From Chiloscyllium plagiosum (Eukaryota), in contig NC_057752.1 of NCBI RefSeq assembly GCF_004010195.1, forward strand, positions 665,908 to 729,907: DNA of 64,000 nt, read 5' to 3'. The translations under genes and the position numbers were made by a program. Under the pieces are notes generated by a model. The model made no database searches and was not told the DNA's origin. It worked only from the letters and a program-made list of their open reading frames with translations. Below are positions 37,555 to 50,713 of this stretch, piece after piece (position 1 is the first letter of the stretch; the number at the start of each line of letters is the position of its first letter).

Positions 37555-40500
37555 GGGTAGTGCAGTTGACATAGTCACGTGTATATGCGGATAAAACAGT
37601 TGATATAGTTTATATGGATTTCAGCAAAACCTTTGACAAGGTCCCACGTGGGAGACAGATAAAGAAGATAAAAGCACATGGGATCCAGAGTAACTTGGCA
37701 AGTTGGGTCTAAAATTGGCTTAGCGGGAGGAGGCAGAGAGTAGTGACGGAAGGCTGTCTATGTGGTAGAGACAGATGTCCAGTGGTGCACTACAGGGGTC
37801 AGTGCTGGGTCCCTCATGGTATATATAAATAGAACATAGAAAAATACAGCGCAGTACAGGCCCTTTGGCCCTCGATGTTGCGTCGATCCAAGCCCACCTA
37901 ACCTACACGAGCCCACTATCCTCCATATGCCTATCCAATGCCCGTTTAAATGCCCATAAAGAGGGAGAGTCCACCGCTGCTACTGGCAGGGCATTCCATG
38001 AACTCATGACTCGCTGAGTAACAAATCTACCCCTAACATCTGTCCTATACCTACCACCCCTTAATTTAAAGCTATGCCCCCTCGTAATAGCTGACTCCAT
38101 ACGTGGAAAAAGGTTCTCACGGTCAACCCTATCTAAACCCCTAATCATCTTGTACACCTCTACCAAGTCACCCCCAAACCCTCTTTTCTCCAATGAAAAC
38201 AGCCCCAAATGCCTCAGCCTTTCCTCATACGATCTCCCTACTATACCAGGCAACATCCTGGTAAANNNNNNNNNNNNNNNNNNNNNNNNNNNNNNNNNNN
38301 NNNNNNNNNNNNNNNNNNNNNNNNNNNNNNNNNNNNNNNNNNNNNNNNNNNNNNNNNNNNNNNNNNNNNNNNNNNNNNNNNNNNNNNNNNNNNNNNNNNN
38401 NNNNNNNNNNNNNNNNNNNNNNNNNNNNNNNNNNNNNNNNNNNNNNNNNNNNNNNNNNNNNNNNNNNNNNNNNNNNNNNNNNNNNNNNNNNNNNNNNNNN
38501 NNNNNNNNNNNNNNNNNNNNNNNNNNNNNNNNNNNNNNNNNNNNNNNNNNNNNNNNNNNNNNNNNNNNNNNNNNNNNNNNNNNNNNNNNNNNNNNNNNNN
38601 NNNNNNNNNNNNNNNNNNNNNNNNNNNNNNNNNNNNNNNNNNNNNNNNNNNNNNNNNNNNNNNNNNNNNNNNNNNNNNNNNNNNNNNNNNNNNNNNNNNN
38701 NNNNNNNNNNNNNNNNNNNNNNNNNNNNNNNNNNNNNNNNNNNNNNNNNNNNNNNNNNNNNNNNNNNNNNNNNNNNNNNNNNNNNNNNNNNNNNNNNNNN
38801 NNNNNNNNNNNNNNNNNNNNNNNNNNNNNNNNNNNNNNNNNNNNNNNNNNNNNNNNNNNNNNNNNNNNNNNNNNNNNNNNNNNNNNNNNNNNNNNNNNNN
38901 NNNNNNNNNNNNNNNNNNNNNNNNNNNNNNNNNNNNNNNNNNNNNNNNNNNNNNNNNNNNNNNNNNNNNNNNNNNNNNNNNNNNNNNNNNNNNNNNNNNN
39001 NNNNNNNNNNNNNNNNNNNNNNNNNNNNNNNNNNNNNNNNNNNNNNNNNNNNNNNNNNNNNNNNNNNNNNNNNNNNNNNNNNNNNNNNNNNNNNNNNNNN
39101 NNNNNNNNNNNNNNNNNNNNNNNNNNNNNNNNNNNNNNNNNNNNNNNNNNNNNNNNNNNNNNNNNNNNNNNNNNNNNNNNNNNNNNNNNNNNNNNNNNNN
39201 NNNNNNNNNNNNNNNNNNNNNNNNNNNNNNNNNNNNNNNNNNCCTCCACACGCAACGTCCCACTACTATCCTTGACTGGACCTATTCCTACCCTAGTCAT
39301 TCTTTTATTCCTGACATACCTATAGAAAGCTGTTGGGTTTTCCCTAATCCTACCAACTAAGGACTTTTCATGTCCCCTTCGTGCTGCTCTTAACCCTCTC
39401 TTCAGATCCTTCCTAGCTACCTTATAACTCTCAATCGCCCCAATTGAACCTTCCCGCCTCATCTTTACATAGGCCGCCCTCTTCCCTTTAACAGGGGATT
39501 CCAATTCCTTATTAAACCACGGCTCCCTCACACGACCCTTTCCTCCCTGCCTGACAGGTACATACTTATCAAGGACACTCAATAGTTGCTCCTTGAACAA
39601 GCTCCACATTTCAATTGTGCCCTTGCCTTGAAGCCTACTTTTCCAAGCCCCACATCCTAAGTCGTGCCTCACCGCATCATAATTTCCCTGCCCCAAACTA
39701 TAACTCTCGCCCTGCAGTGCACACTTATCCCTCTCCATCACTAGAGTAAAAGTCACCGAATTGTGGTCACTGTCTCCAAAGTGCTCACCTACCTCCAATT
39801 ATAACACCTGGCCTGGTTCGTTACCCAGAACCAAATCCAGTATGGCCTCACCTCTTGTTGGCCTGTCTACATATTGTGTCAGGAAACCCTTCTGACACAA
39901 GGAAACTCAAGTCCATCCAGCCTGTTCCACACCTTTATGATACCTTGTGTTTCTGTGTATAAATATGCAGTTTAGCTATTAACAGAGGCTGGATAAGCTC
40001 AGATTGTGTTCTTTCGAGCAGAGAAAGCTAAGAGGAAACCCAATTGAGGTGTATGAGGTTATGAGGGGCATGGCAAGATGGAGATAGCAACTTAGTTGAA
40101 GGGTCAGTAATATAGAAGAAAAAGTGGAGGGATGATAAGTATGTCTGTAGATGACACAAAGATTGTCTGGGTGGTTGACAGTGTGGAAGAAGGTCTTAGG
40201 TTATGAGAGGATATGGATGGGTTGGTCAGATGGGCAGGTCGGTGGCAGATGAAATTTCCCTGATAAGTGTGAGGTGATGCACTTTGGAAGAAGTGACAAG
40301 ACAAGGGAGTACTCAGAATAGCAGGACATTCGGAAGCTCAGGGGAACAGAGGGATCTTGTGGTGCTTATCCACAAATCCCAGAAGGTGGCAGGACAGGTT
40401 AATAGGGTAGTTAAGAAGGCATACAGGACACTTACCTTTATCTGTCATGCATAGATTTAAAAGCAGGGAGGTTAAGTTGGACTTGTGCAAGATTTTGGTT

Positions 40501-41020
40501 AGGCTGCAGCTGGAGGACTGTATGCAGTTTTGGTCGCCACACCACAGGAAGGATGTGATTGCGCTGTGAGGAATGCACAGGAGATTCACCAGGATTGTGC
40601 CTAGGTTGGAGCAGTTTAGCTATGAACAGAGGCTGGATAAGCTCAGATTGTGTTCTTTCAAGCAGAGAAAGCTAAGAGGAAACCCAATTGAGGTGTATGA
40701 GGTTATGAGGGGCATGGCAAGATGGAGATAGCAACTGTTCCCTTTGTTGAAGGGTCAGTAATGAGGGGGCAAAATTTTAAGATGAAAGGCTTTAGAGGGA
40801 ATTTGAGGAAATTGTTTTTCACACAGTGGTGGGAATTAATTATGGTTGAGCTGGAGACCTCTCAACCTTTAAAAAGTACTTGGATGAGCATTTGAAATGA
40901 CATAACATTCAAGGCTACGGGCCAAATACTAGAAAGTGGGACTAATTTAGATTTCGAATAGTTTTTGTCAGTGTAGACTTGATGGGCTAAACGGTCTCTT
41001 CTGTAGTGTATTATTCTATG
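37555..41020 (+). mobile_element. Old CR1 LINE split by a younger antisense CR1 (pieces 37555-37829 and 40112-41020)
   Basis: GATATAGTTTATATGGATTTCAGC..TTTGACAAGGTCCC; GTAGATGACACAAAG; TGCAGTTTTGGTCGCC; 3' tail at about 41020. Confidence 0.82.
37830..39895 (-). mobile_element. Young CR1 LINE (EN end to 3' tail) with RT core in an assembly gap
   Basis: Stop-free flanks: VGEHFGDSDHNSVTF (APE-like endonuclease) ... FTRMLPG..GDLVEVYKMIRGLD..TQRV; TGTTCTA tail. Confidence 0.92.
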
Positions 41021-41743
41021 AACACATGGGTGACGAGGGAATAGTTCTTCAACTGCTACCTTCACAGCATGCTGATACTCAAACCCAGGCCAGTGCACAT
41101 GGGTACACTAACCCAATGACTCACATGGGAATATTTAATCCCATTAGCACACTCTATAGAGATGAAACTGTTTTTTTCAACCTTCTGTCCTTGTGTATTC
41201 TTTGAAGCGAAAAACACAAAATGTGAATGCAGTTTAGGACGTGATCCCCAGTTGGTTGAGCAAGGGGGTCGTCAACACCTTGTTATTATTGCAGTCATAA
41301 AAGATCACACTCTAGTCCATATTACTTTCCTCTTCCCTGCTTTGAAAGGTTCATATTTGAATTTCCCTTTACATCTTTACGTGTGATATTCCATGGGTCT
41401 TTCTCCAGAAATGCTCTGAACTTACATCTGCAACCATTTTTGGTGGTATCAGTCCTCTTTTAAAAAACACGTTTTTGAATTACAAGTTAAAAATAGTAAC
41501 TCAGGGTTCTGACTGTGGCTGTGACAACAGGTAAGGAAACTCAAGTCCATCCAGCTTGTTCCACACCTTTATGATACCTTGTGTTTCTGTGCATAAATAT
41601 GCTCCCTACCCATAAAATATAATGTGTTTTCATTATTAATGAATGGTTTTAACTATTATTGGCATTCATAATATATAGAACTAATTTAATATAATAACAT
41701 ACATGCAGAAGAATAGGTACGTGATGAATGTTACAGTTGTGCT

Positions 41744-41902
41744 AAAATAAAACAAAGAGTTACGGATACTGGAGATCTGAAACAAAAGTAGAACAGGACT
41801 GTTCTAACGCAAGGTCACTGGACTCGAAATGTTAACTCTGTTTTTCTCTCTATAGATTCTGCCAAACCTGCTGAGTTTCTCCAGCAGTTTCTGTTTTTGT
41901 TC
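41744..41902. mobile_element. PLE family D partially collapsed fold-back
   Basis: TSD CAGTTGTGCT/CAGCTGTGCT (41734-41743 / 41903-41912); antisense tail followed by the sense arm AAGGTCACTGGACTCGAAATGTTAACTCTG. Confidence 0.68.
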
Positions 41903-42769
41903 CAGCTGTGCTGTTCTTTTAGTAGAAATAGCCAACAGTCTACAATTTTCCAGTGCTCTTTACACAGTGACACACCTCTCATGTTTTACATTGATGTAAA
42001 ATTGTGGATGCTAAGCAGGAGGGGAAAGTTTAAGAAGGAAGAGTACGTTGGAAAGTGAAAGGCACAATATAGAGAAATTTAATGAGATTTTTTAAAAAAG
42101 TACAGAGATCGAAGAGAACCGATTAGAAAGGGCACAACTGTAATGACCAAATTAAGAGCTATCAATAGTGAAGATGTGAGAAGAGTAATGCTAGAGAAGT
42201 AATTGGGGAACTCAGATATTTGAAAGTTGGACCAAAATGTAAATCAAATCCAAGGCCTTCTTAGCACCTGAACCAAGAGAAAGACAGCGCTGGTACTCAA
42301 TGTTACCTACCCTCGTGCGCCCACCACCCCATCCCGGTCATGTGATAGTTATCTTTTTAAAACTGATGAGTGTTTTTGTAGGAAGTAGTTTGAGGGCTGA
42401 GCATTATGTTTTTTAAAAAAAGTCAGCAGTAGCTTCAGGGACTTGCACAGTTACTGTCCCTCATCAGCCTGGAAAGTTTGATTGTCAGGATTGGAAAACA
42501 AATTTCATTTGCTGGTGGCTGTTCTCAAATGCACTTCCATCATCATAAGCACTGAAGCAATGCATTTCTAAAAGAATTAAGCTGATCTTAAATTGGAATG
42601 TGTTGTTACTCCTGAGGGCTCTCAATATTCTCACCAGAAATTGGCTCAGACTTCAGTAATAAATTGTCCGGTTAAAGGCATTTATACTTAATTCATTCAT
42701 CCTACTCATGCATAAACTATTTGAAGTGATAATGTATCGTTTAATTGGCTGGTATAAGATATTAAGCCC

Positions 42770-44138
42770 AAAGGATAGACCAGATCTAAAAATTGAAGTT
42801 CTAAATTGGAGGAAGGCCAATTTTGACGGTATTAGGCAAGAACTTTCAAAAGCTGACTGGGCGCAGATATTCGCAGGTAAAGGGATGGCTGGAAAATGGG
42901 AAGCCTTCAGAAATGAGATAATGAGAGTCCAGAATGTATATTCCTGTTAGGGTGAAAGAAAAGGCTGGTAAGTATCGGGAATGCTGGATGACTAAAGAAA
43001 TTGAGGTTTTGGTTAAGAAAAAGAAGAAAGCGTATGTCAGGTACAGACAGGATAGATCGAGTGAATCCTTAGAAGAGGAGAAAGGCAGTAGGAGTATACT
43101 TAAGAGAGAAATCAGGAGGGCAAAAAGGGGACATGAGATAGCTTTGGCAAATAGAATTAAGGAGAATCCAAAGGGTTTTTACAAATACGTTACGGACAAA
43201 AGGATAATTCGGGAGAGAATAGTGCCCCTCTAAGATCAGCAAGGTAGCCTTTGTGTGGAGCCGCAGGAGATGGGACAGATACTAAATGAGTACTTTGCAT
43301 CAGTATTTACTGTGGAAAAGGACATGGAAGATATAGAATGTAGGGAAATAGATGGTGATATCTTGCAAGATGTCCATATTACAGAGGAGGAAGTTCTGGA
43401 TGTCTTGAAACGGGTAAAAGTGGATAAATCCTCAGGCTCTATGACTCTACGACTCTATGACCTGATCAGGTGTACCCCAGAACTCTGTGGGAAGCTAGGG
43501 AAGTGATTGCTGGGCCTCTTACTGAGATATTTGTATCATCGATAGTCACAGGTGAGGTGCCGGAAGACTGGAGGTTGGCTAATGTGGTGCCACTGTTTAA
43601 GAAAGGTGGTAAGGACAAACCAGGGAACTATAAACCAGTGAGCCTGATGTCGGTGGTGGGCAATTTGTTGGAGGGAATCCTGAGGGACAGGATGTACATG
43701 TATTTGGAAAGGCAAGGACTAATTAGGGATAGTCAGCATGGCTTTATGCATGGGAACTCATGTCTCACAAACTTGAGGAAGTAACAAAGAGGATTGATGA
43801 GGGCAGAGCGGTAGATGTGATCTATATGGACTTCAGTAAGGCCTTCAACAAAGTTCCCCATAGGAGACTGGTGAGCAAGGAATACATGGAGAACTAGCCA
43901 TTTGGATACAGAAAGGTAGAAAACAGAGGGTGGTGGTGGAGGGTTGTTTTTCAGACTGGAGATCTGTGGAGTGCCACAAGGATCGGTGCTGAGTCCACTA
44001 CTTTTCATCATTTATATAAATGATTTGGACGTGAGCATAAGAGGTATAGTTAGTAAGTTTGCTGATGACACCAAAATTGGAGGTGTAGTGGACAGCGAAG
44101 AAGGTAACCTCAGACTACAACGGGATCTTGATCAGATG
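42770..44138 (+). mobile_element. CR1/HER1-type LINE internal fragment (post-EN linker and RT)
   Basis: [52 protein letters not shown]. Confidence 0.93.
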
Positions 44139-44164
44139 GTACTTGTTCACAAATACATGTTGGC

Positions 44165-44640
44165 TACTGCACCAGGAAAAACTCCCCAGCTATAATTTGA
44201 ATGATGCTGTAGGATCTATTATATCCACCTTAGAAGGCAGAACCAACCTTACTTTTAATAACTGTTCAGCGCACAGCACTGTCTCAGTACAGCACTGGAA
44301 GAGTCAAAAAGGGTGGTGTTGGAAAAGCACAGCAGGTCAGGCAGCATCCAGGAAGCAGGAGAGTTGATGTTTTGTGCACAAGCCCTTCATGAATTTCCTG
44401 CTGACATTCCTGATGAAGGGCTTATGCCCTGAATGTTGACTGTCCTGTTCCTTGGACGCTACCTGACCTGCTGTACTTTTCCAACGCTACACTTTCCGAC
44501 TCTGATTCTCAAGTATCTGCGGTCCTCACTTTCTCCACAGCACTGGAAGATTCAGCCTGGACTGCAAGTTTCTTGACGAGGGATTGAATTTATGACCTTC
44601 TGACTTAGAAGTATATGTGTTATCCACTGAGCCACAGCTG
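44165..44640 (-). mobile_element. DeuSINE relic interrupted by PLE family B
   Basis: Minus-strand head GTGGCTCAGTGGATAACAC..TCATAAATTCAATCC; homology to the copy at 10765. Confidence 0.55.
44303..44536. mobile_element. PLE family B fold-back insertion, older
   Basis: 14-bp TSD ACAGCACTGGAAGA (44289-44302 / 44537-44550); CTGATGAAGGGCTTATGCCC at 44410. Confidence 0.85.
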
Positions 44641-46320
44641 CTACTGAATATAATAAAATCAGAAATATGCTGACACAGGGCTGACAATGTCCAACTCCTT
44701 CCATACTGCAACAAAGTCTCAGCCTAAGGTATAAATGAAAACCCTAATGTATAGCTCAAATTTCTAACCATCTGACTCAGGCAAGAAGCTATGAGTGAAT
44801 TTCAGTCAGGACAGTGTGTGGGATGAGGGTTACACTTGGGGATTACAATTGAATTTGACCCACCTGTCATAAGGGAGGCAATGATTGAAGTAGAATTTAT
44901 TAACAAGTCGTACTTGCCCAACCTTGCAGTAGCTTTGACCCCTCTTCCTTTAACCTCACTGTTCATCTTTAGAATTTGCTTTTTGAGCTACCAGCAGGAA
45001 TGTACTGTATTCCTTGTGCAATATATGGGAACAATCTGATATAATCTAAGAAAAGTGATGCATAAATTCATGATTATGTTTCACTTTTGTAAAAAAATAC
45101 AATTTAGCATATTTAGTATTTCTTCAGGATAATTTATATAGTATGATGATGTTGCATTCTCAAAAGCTCTTACGCAGCCCTGTTTGTGGCTCTTAGAGGT
45201 TGACTCACTGTGAATTGTATCAGTTAGCATAGATTGCATGACTTGAAAACAAAAATTTACTGCAATTCAGCCCAATTGGATACAACCCACATTGAAGAGC
45301 GAGAGAAGATTGAGGCTGTCAACAAAAGTGGAGAGGGAGGAGGGGATGAATATGAGGCTGCCAATAGTAGCATTGATAAGAACAATAACAATGCCAGTTG
45401 GCTGCTGAGTTGATAATTGCCCCTACCTGACTTGTTGGGAGTAAACTGTAGAAATACAGGCGCAAGAAGTATTTTCATAATTGTGTGAGAATCTTGTGAG
45501 AACGTGGCAGATCACCTCTATCAGACATAGGAGAACCAGGAAAACAGATTGGACCATCTTGAACTACTGGTGAAGACAGAAGTGGATTTGGCTGCAATTC
45601 CCTTTGTAGTTGAATTGTCTGCCTGCACCTGCAGTCCATATTCAAATGTGAAGTTTTGAAATCTTTCCCTGAAATTGGCCTGCTAGACGGAAGTAGAATT
45701 CTGTCTTTGCCTTTTGACAGCAAAGGCCTTTGGGACTGATGTAACTTGAAAGCATTCTATTGCGCCAGTTCAAGACTGCCAAAATATTATTCATAATGGA
45801 CAGCTGGTTTTGTTTGCTGAGGCTAGAGTATGAATCCCAATCCCAATGCACTGATCCAATGCCTGATTGCAAGAACTCCCAGGCTGAAATGTCATTAGTT
45901 TTAAATTCACTATCAGAATTCAAAAAGTGTGATTTGCTTTCAGATTTCTCGAGTCCTGCTGGCTTTTCCATATGTCAATGCACTAATGTAACATGAAGTA
46001 CAGATTTAATATACAGATCTAAACCAATCTTCAGCATTTTATTGCATTTAAAGATGGCACTTTTTATTTAATTGCTTACAAGTCAAGAGTTGAACAAAGT
46101 GGTCTTGGACTATTTCTTATTTTGGCTGGGTGCCAAATTTTGTGTGATCGTGCTCTTGTGAATAAGTTTGAGTACTTTTCTTGTTAAAAGCACTGTACAT
46201 TTGTAAGTTTGTTGTGACTTTGTAATGCAGAGATGCACAACCCTTGATTCTTTGTACAAGAATTGATGAATATATAGATGAGGCACTTGCTCTTTGTCTC
46301 CTTCATGCTTAATTTGTGCA

Positions 46321-47604
46321 TGATGTGGAGGAGCCGGTGTTGGACTGGGGTGGACAAAGTTACAAATCACACAACACCAGGTTATAGTCCAACAGGTTTA
46401 ATTGGAAGTACTGGCTTTTGGAGCACAGCTCCTTCTTCAGGTGGTTGTGTGGCAGGATCATAAGACACAGAATTTATAGCAAAAGATTACAGTATCATGC
46501 AAGTGAAATGATATATTTAACAAACAGCAAATAAATATATCATTTTATTTACATGGTACTGTAATCCTTTGCTATAAATTCTGTGTCTTATGGTCATAGA
46601 GCCATAGAATCAGAGAGATGTACAGCACGGAAACAGACTCTTCAGTCCAACTTGTCCATGTCGACCAGATATTCTAACCCAATCTAGTCCCACCTGCCAG
46701 CACCCGGCCCATATCCCTCCAAACCCTTCCTATTCATATACCCATCCAGATGCCTTTTAAATATTGCAATTGTATTAGCCTCCACCACTTCCTCTAGCAG
46801 CTCATTCCATACACGTACCACCCTCTGTGTGAAAACGTTGCCCCTTAGGTCTCTTTTATATCTTTCCCCTCTCACCTTAAACCTATGCCCTCTAGTTCTG
46901 GACTCCCCTACCTCAGGGAAAAGACCTTGTCTATTTATCCTATCCATGCCCTTCATGAATTTATAAACCTCTATAAGGTCACCCCTCAGCCTCTGCCGCT
47001 CCAGGGAAAACAGTCCTAGCCTATTCAACCTCTCCGTACAGCTCAAACCCTCCAACCCTGGCAACATCCTTGTAAATCTTTTCTGAACCCTTTCAAGTTT
47101 CATAACATCTTTCCGATAGGAAGGAGACCAGAATTGCACGCAATATTCCAACAGTGGCCTAACCAATGTCCTGTACAGCCACAACATGACCTCCCAACTC
47201 CTGTACTCAATACTCTGATCAATAAAGGAAAGCATACCAAACGCCTTCTTCACTATCCTATCTACCTGCGACTCCACTTTCAAGGAGCTATGAACCTGCA
47301 CTCCAAGGTCTCTTTGTTCAGCAACACTCCCTCGGACCTTACCATTAAGAGTATAAGTCCTGCTCTGATTTGCTTTCCCAAAATGCAGCACCTCGCATTT
47401 ATCTAAATTAAACTTCCATCTACCATTTCTCAGCCCATTGGCCCGTCTGATCAAGATCCCATTGTAACCTGAGGTAACCCTCTTCACTGTCCACTACACC
47501 TCCAATTCCTGCTACACAACCATCTGAAAAGGAATGGTGCTCCGAAAGCTAGTGCTTCCAAAATAAATCTGTTGGACTATAACCTGGTGTTGTGTGATTT
47601 GTAA
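46321..47604. mobile_element. PLE family C fold-back whose right arm is interrupted by a CR1
   Basis: 13-bp TSD CTTAATTTGTGCA (46308-46320 / 47605-47617); left arm about 46358-46497; right arm about 46555-46592 plus 47507-47606. Confidence 0.85.
46593..47506 (-). mobile_element. CR1/HER1-type LINE 3' portion, well preserved
   Basis: Open frame FNLDKCEVLHFG...LEYCVQFWSP...GYGPGAGRWD*. Confidence 0.94.
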
Positions 47605-47939
47605 CTTAATTTGTGCAGTTAGAATGTCACATCATGAATGTTGCTAGTCAGGACTAGACTTTGTTGTATTTTGCAAATTTTGTAATACTGTAGTTTTAAA
47701 ATTGATGACTTGTTAATCTTTGTTTAGCGAATGTGCACTTTTTTAGCTAACATTCCCATTTTTTCAAACTATAGTCATGGCGAGGCCAGTATTTGCTCTT
47801 CAGCTACTCAAATGGAATACACAGTGTTATTAGGAAGGGATTTCCAAGATTCCAGTAGGTGATGGTGTATCAGGAATGGAGTCATCAAAACAATAATTAA
47901 TCATTTCTTATTGATATAGTCCCTGTTAACTTGACAGGA

Positions 47940-48170
47940 TCACAGAATAATACAGCACAGGAGGAAGTCATTTGACCCATGTGCAATTTAGGTGAATTGG
48001 CCATGCTAAATTGCTCCATAATGCCTTGGAACGTGCAGGCTAGGTGGATTAGCCATGGTAAATACGGGGTTATGGGAATAGGGTGAGGGGTGAGTCTGGA
48101 TGGGGATGCTCTTTGGAAGGTCACTGCAGATTTAGTGGGCCGAACGGCCTCATCTGCACAGTATGACTCT
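47940..48170 (+). mobile_element. HE1-type SINE 3' fragment
   Basis: AGGTGAATTGGCCATGCTAAATTG and GTGGGCCGAACGGCCT. Confidence 0.65.
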
Positions 48171-48821
48171 TATCAGCAGTGTCTTGTAGTTATTGACTTT
48201 TGTGAGGACGATAGGATTCTTTTGATTTTGAGTGCTAGACCTGACAAGAAGGTTATTGGAAGTATGTAGTCAATCAAACAGGAAGTGGCTTTGGGTTTTT
48301 CAGACAGTTGAATCATAAACTGAGCCACACTATTTATAGTAATACTGTGTAAATCAAACACCATCTGGATGCCATACGTTAGAAAAATTGTTAGCCTCCT
48401 AGGAGCCTCAGTGCTGTAATGGACAGGACGTAAAACGTAAGATGTCATACATTCCACTATATGCTTTATTAACTTATCCGCATCTAACTAGAAAGCTTTA
48501 GTTTTCCAAAAGTTCTAACTAATAACAGATTTTGCAAGCTACTTAACGGTAGTGTCCATCTCATTTTCAAAACAAAGCACTTACCTTAAAGGAGGTACAA
48601 GTATATAATTTTATCTACTTTAGTTATTTCCTCACCCCCCACATTTTCTCACTGTTGTGTTAAAAGTTAATCAGTTCTGTACCTGTCCTCCAGTGGCCAG
48701 TCTTTGAATGTGAGCTTTGAGATAGACGTCTGGCAGATTATTAGGATCACGTGCATTGCAATCAAATCTAGTCCTGCCCTCAACTGGTATTTCATAAAGG
48801 CACACTTTGTACAAAAAGAAG

Positions 48822-49020
48822 AAACAAAATAGATTGCATTTATATAGCACCTTCACTACCTCAGTCTGCCCCAAAGCAACTTCACAGCTCATTAATCATT
48901 TTTGAAGTGTACTCCCTGTTGTAATGTAGGAAATACATTAGCCAGTTTGCACACAGTAGTGTGATTAACTACCAGTGTATTTTATTGATGTTGGTTGAGG
49001 TTTTAATCTTGGTCAGAATA
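48822..49020 (-). mobile_element. DeuSINE 3' fragment
   Basis: TTGCATTTATATAGCACCTT and TTTTGAAGTGTACTCCCTGTTGTAATGTAGGAAA. Confidence 0.62.
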
Positions 49021-50713
49021 TGCGTTAGTATACACAAAGCACACAATCAACAGAGTTTGTGCACATGTTTATTAATGAATGCTGTTAGATGTATCTTGGT
49101 TTATGGAAGTGGAATTTTCCTTTGTATTAGAATAATTAACGTAGTGGACATGAATCACCTTGGTCTCCCAGCAAGGTGCTGTGGTTATCCTGAAAAAATC
49201 CTCCCGATTAAGGTGTCTTTTTCATATTGCCTGCACTCCAATTGCCACTTCATTATGTGGGAAGTGCCATATGCCAGATAACAGCAAAATACTGCAGATG
49301 CTGGACACCTGAAATAAAACAGAAAATGCTGGAAATGTCATTTGACAAATGCCAATCACAAATAACAAATCAGTAAGTCTGCCCACATGAATTAAAGTAG
49401 TGGGGTCAGGCCAACTTGTGAAAGTAACCCATGTATTTTGAATATTACCAACACTGTAGTGTTAACTAATTCGATTTCTCCTGCTGCTCTCTCTATTTGT
49501 TGCACGATTTGGAAAACATTCACTCTCAGTACAGGGTCTCTTGCGTCAAACAGGGGTCCAGGATGTTCCAGCCAATAGACTGCACCATGACAACAGTGAA
49601 TGCTGTTCTATGATTGGCCAACTAGTGATGTTGTTTAAGATACAGTTGCTCAGCTGCATCTCAGTGTCTGATGCTGTGAATGCCTGATTTTTGTGTGTCT
49701 GTTTTTGTCTACTGTGCATAAGTTAGGAGGATAGGTTGCAGTAGTGCTATGCCATGGGCAATAGACGTACTATTAATGACAGATTACCAATGTAAAAGAC
49801 CTGAACTCCAGATTTATACTCATGTCCAACTTCTTACAGTTCCCAATGTGTTAAAAGGTTTAGAACATCTTCTCTGATAACTGCCATCAACGCAAAGTGA
49901 ATCAGAGACAGGAACAACAGTATTTAACATGGTGGTGAAAGGTCACAGGCCTGAAAGATCAACTCTGTTTCTCTCTATGTATAGATGATGCCTGGTCTGC
50001 TGAGTTCTTCTCCTTCCAACACCACCACCTCCCCCCGCCCCTCCCCCAACCACCACCCCATTCCCACCCCGGCCGTGGCATTTAGTAAGTCACCAGCTTG
50101 CTGTCAAGCACTTTAGTGCACAGCATGAACCAAAGAGGCAAGAGGGAACAATTCAGAGCTTTAGGATTCAGGACATTTGTTCTGAGAATCTGAATCTGAT
50201 CTGAAGCCTTGATTTGTGAATCCCAAGACCAGACTGATTTCAGACAGTATCATTCCAAAGTACAAATGCTCATCCGCCTGATCCTTCAGAATATAGGAAC
50301 AAGATGGAATTATGCCCACTACTGTGTCCTCATGCAAAGACTGCTGAATATCCATTTCCTGTTTCCTGGATATATTGCTCAAACTTACCCAGCCACACAT
50401 TGTAACTGCTCACCTGAAATCAGAATACTGTGTTTTCCAATGCATCTGAGTGGAATAAAAGGAATGCTAGCTTGTTCAATGCCAACAGTATTCAATTAGC
50501 CCTCTAATTCATTATCTTTGAGGCTTTGTTCCTGTTCTGCCAGAGACACCACGCACACACTTTGTAAAAGAAACATTCTGACCAACCTTTCTCTCTCCCT
50601 GCCCTCCCCCACCCACGATTTCCTTCTGGAATATAAAGAACTTCTGAATCTCTTGCTCGTGACCCTTGTATCCTGGAACTGCCAGATCATCATGTTGTGT
50701 GCACTTATCCTTA

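Noticed and set aside
37903..39798. 631-aa ORF and other ORFs crossing N runs
   Set aside because: Length is an artefact of the assembly gap; the flanks are CR1 ORF2
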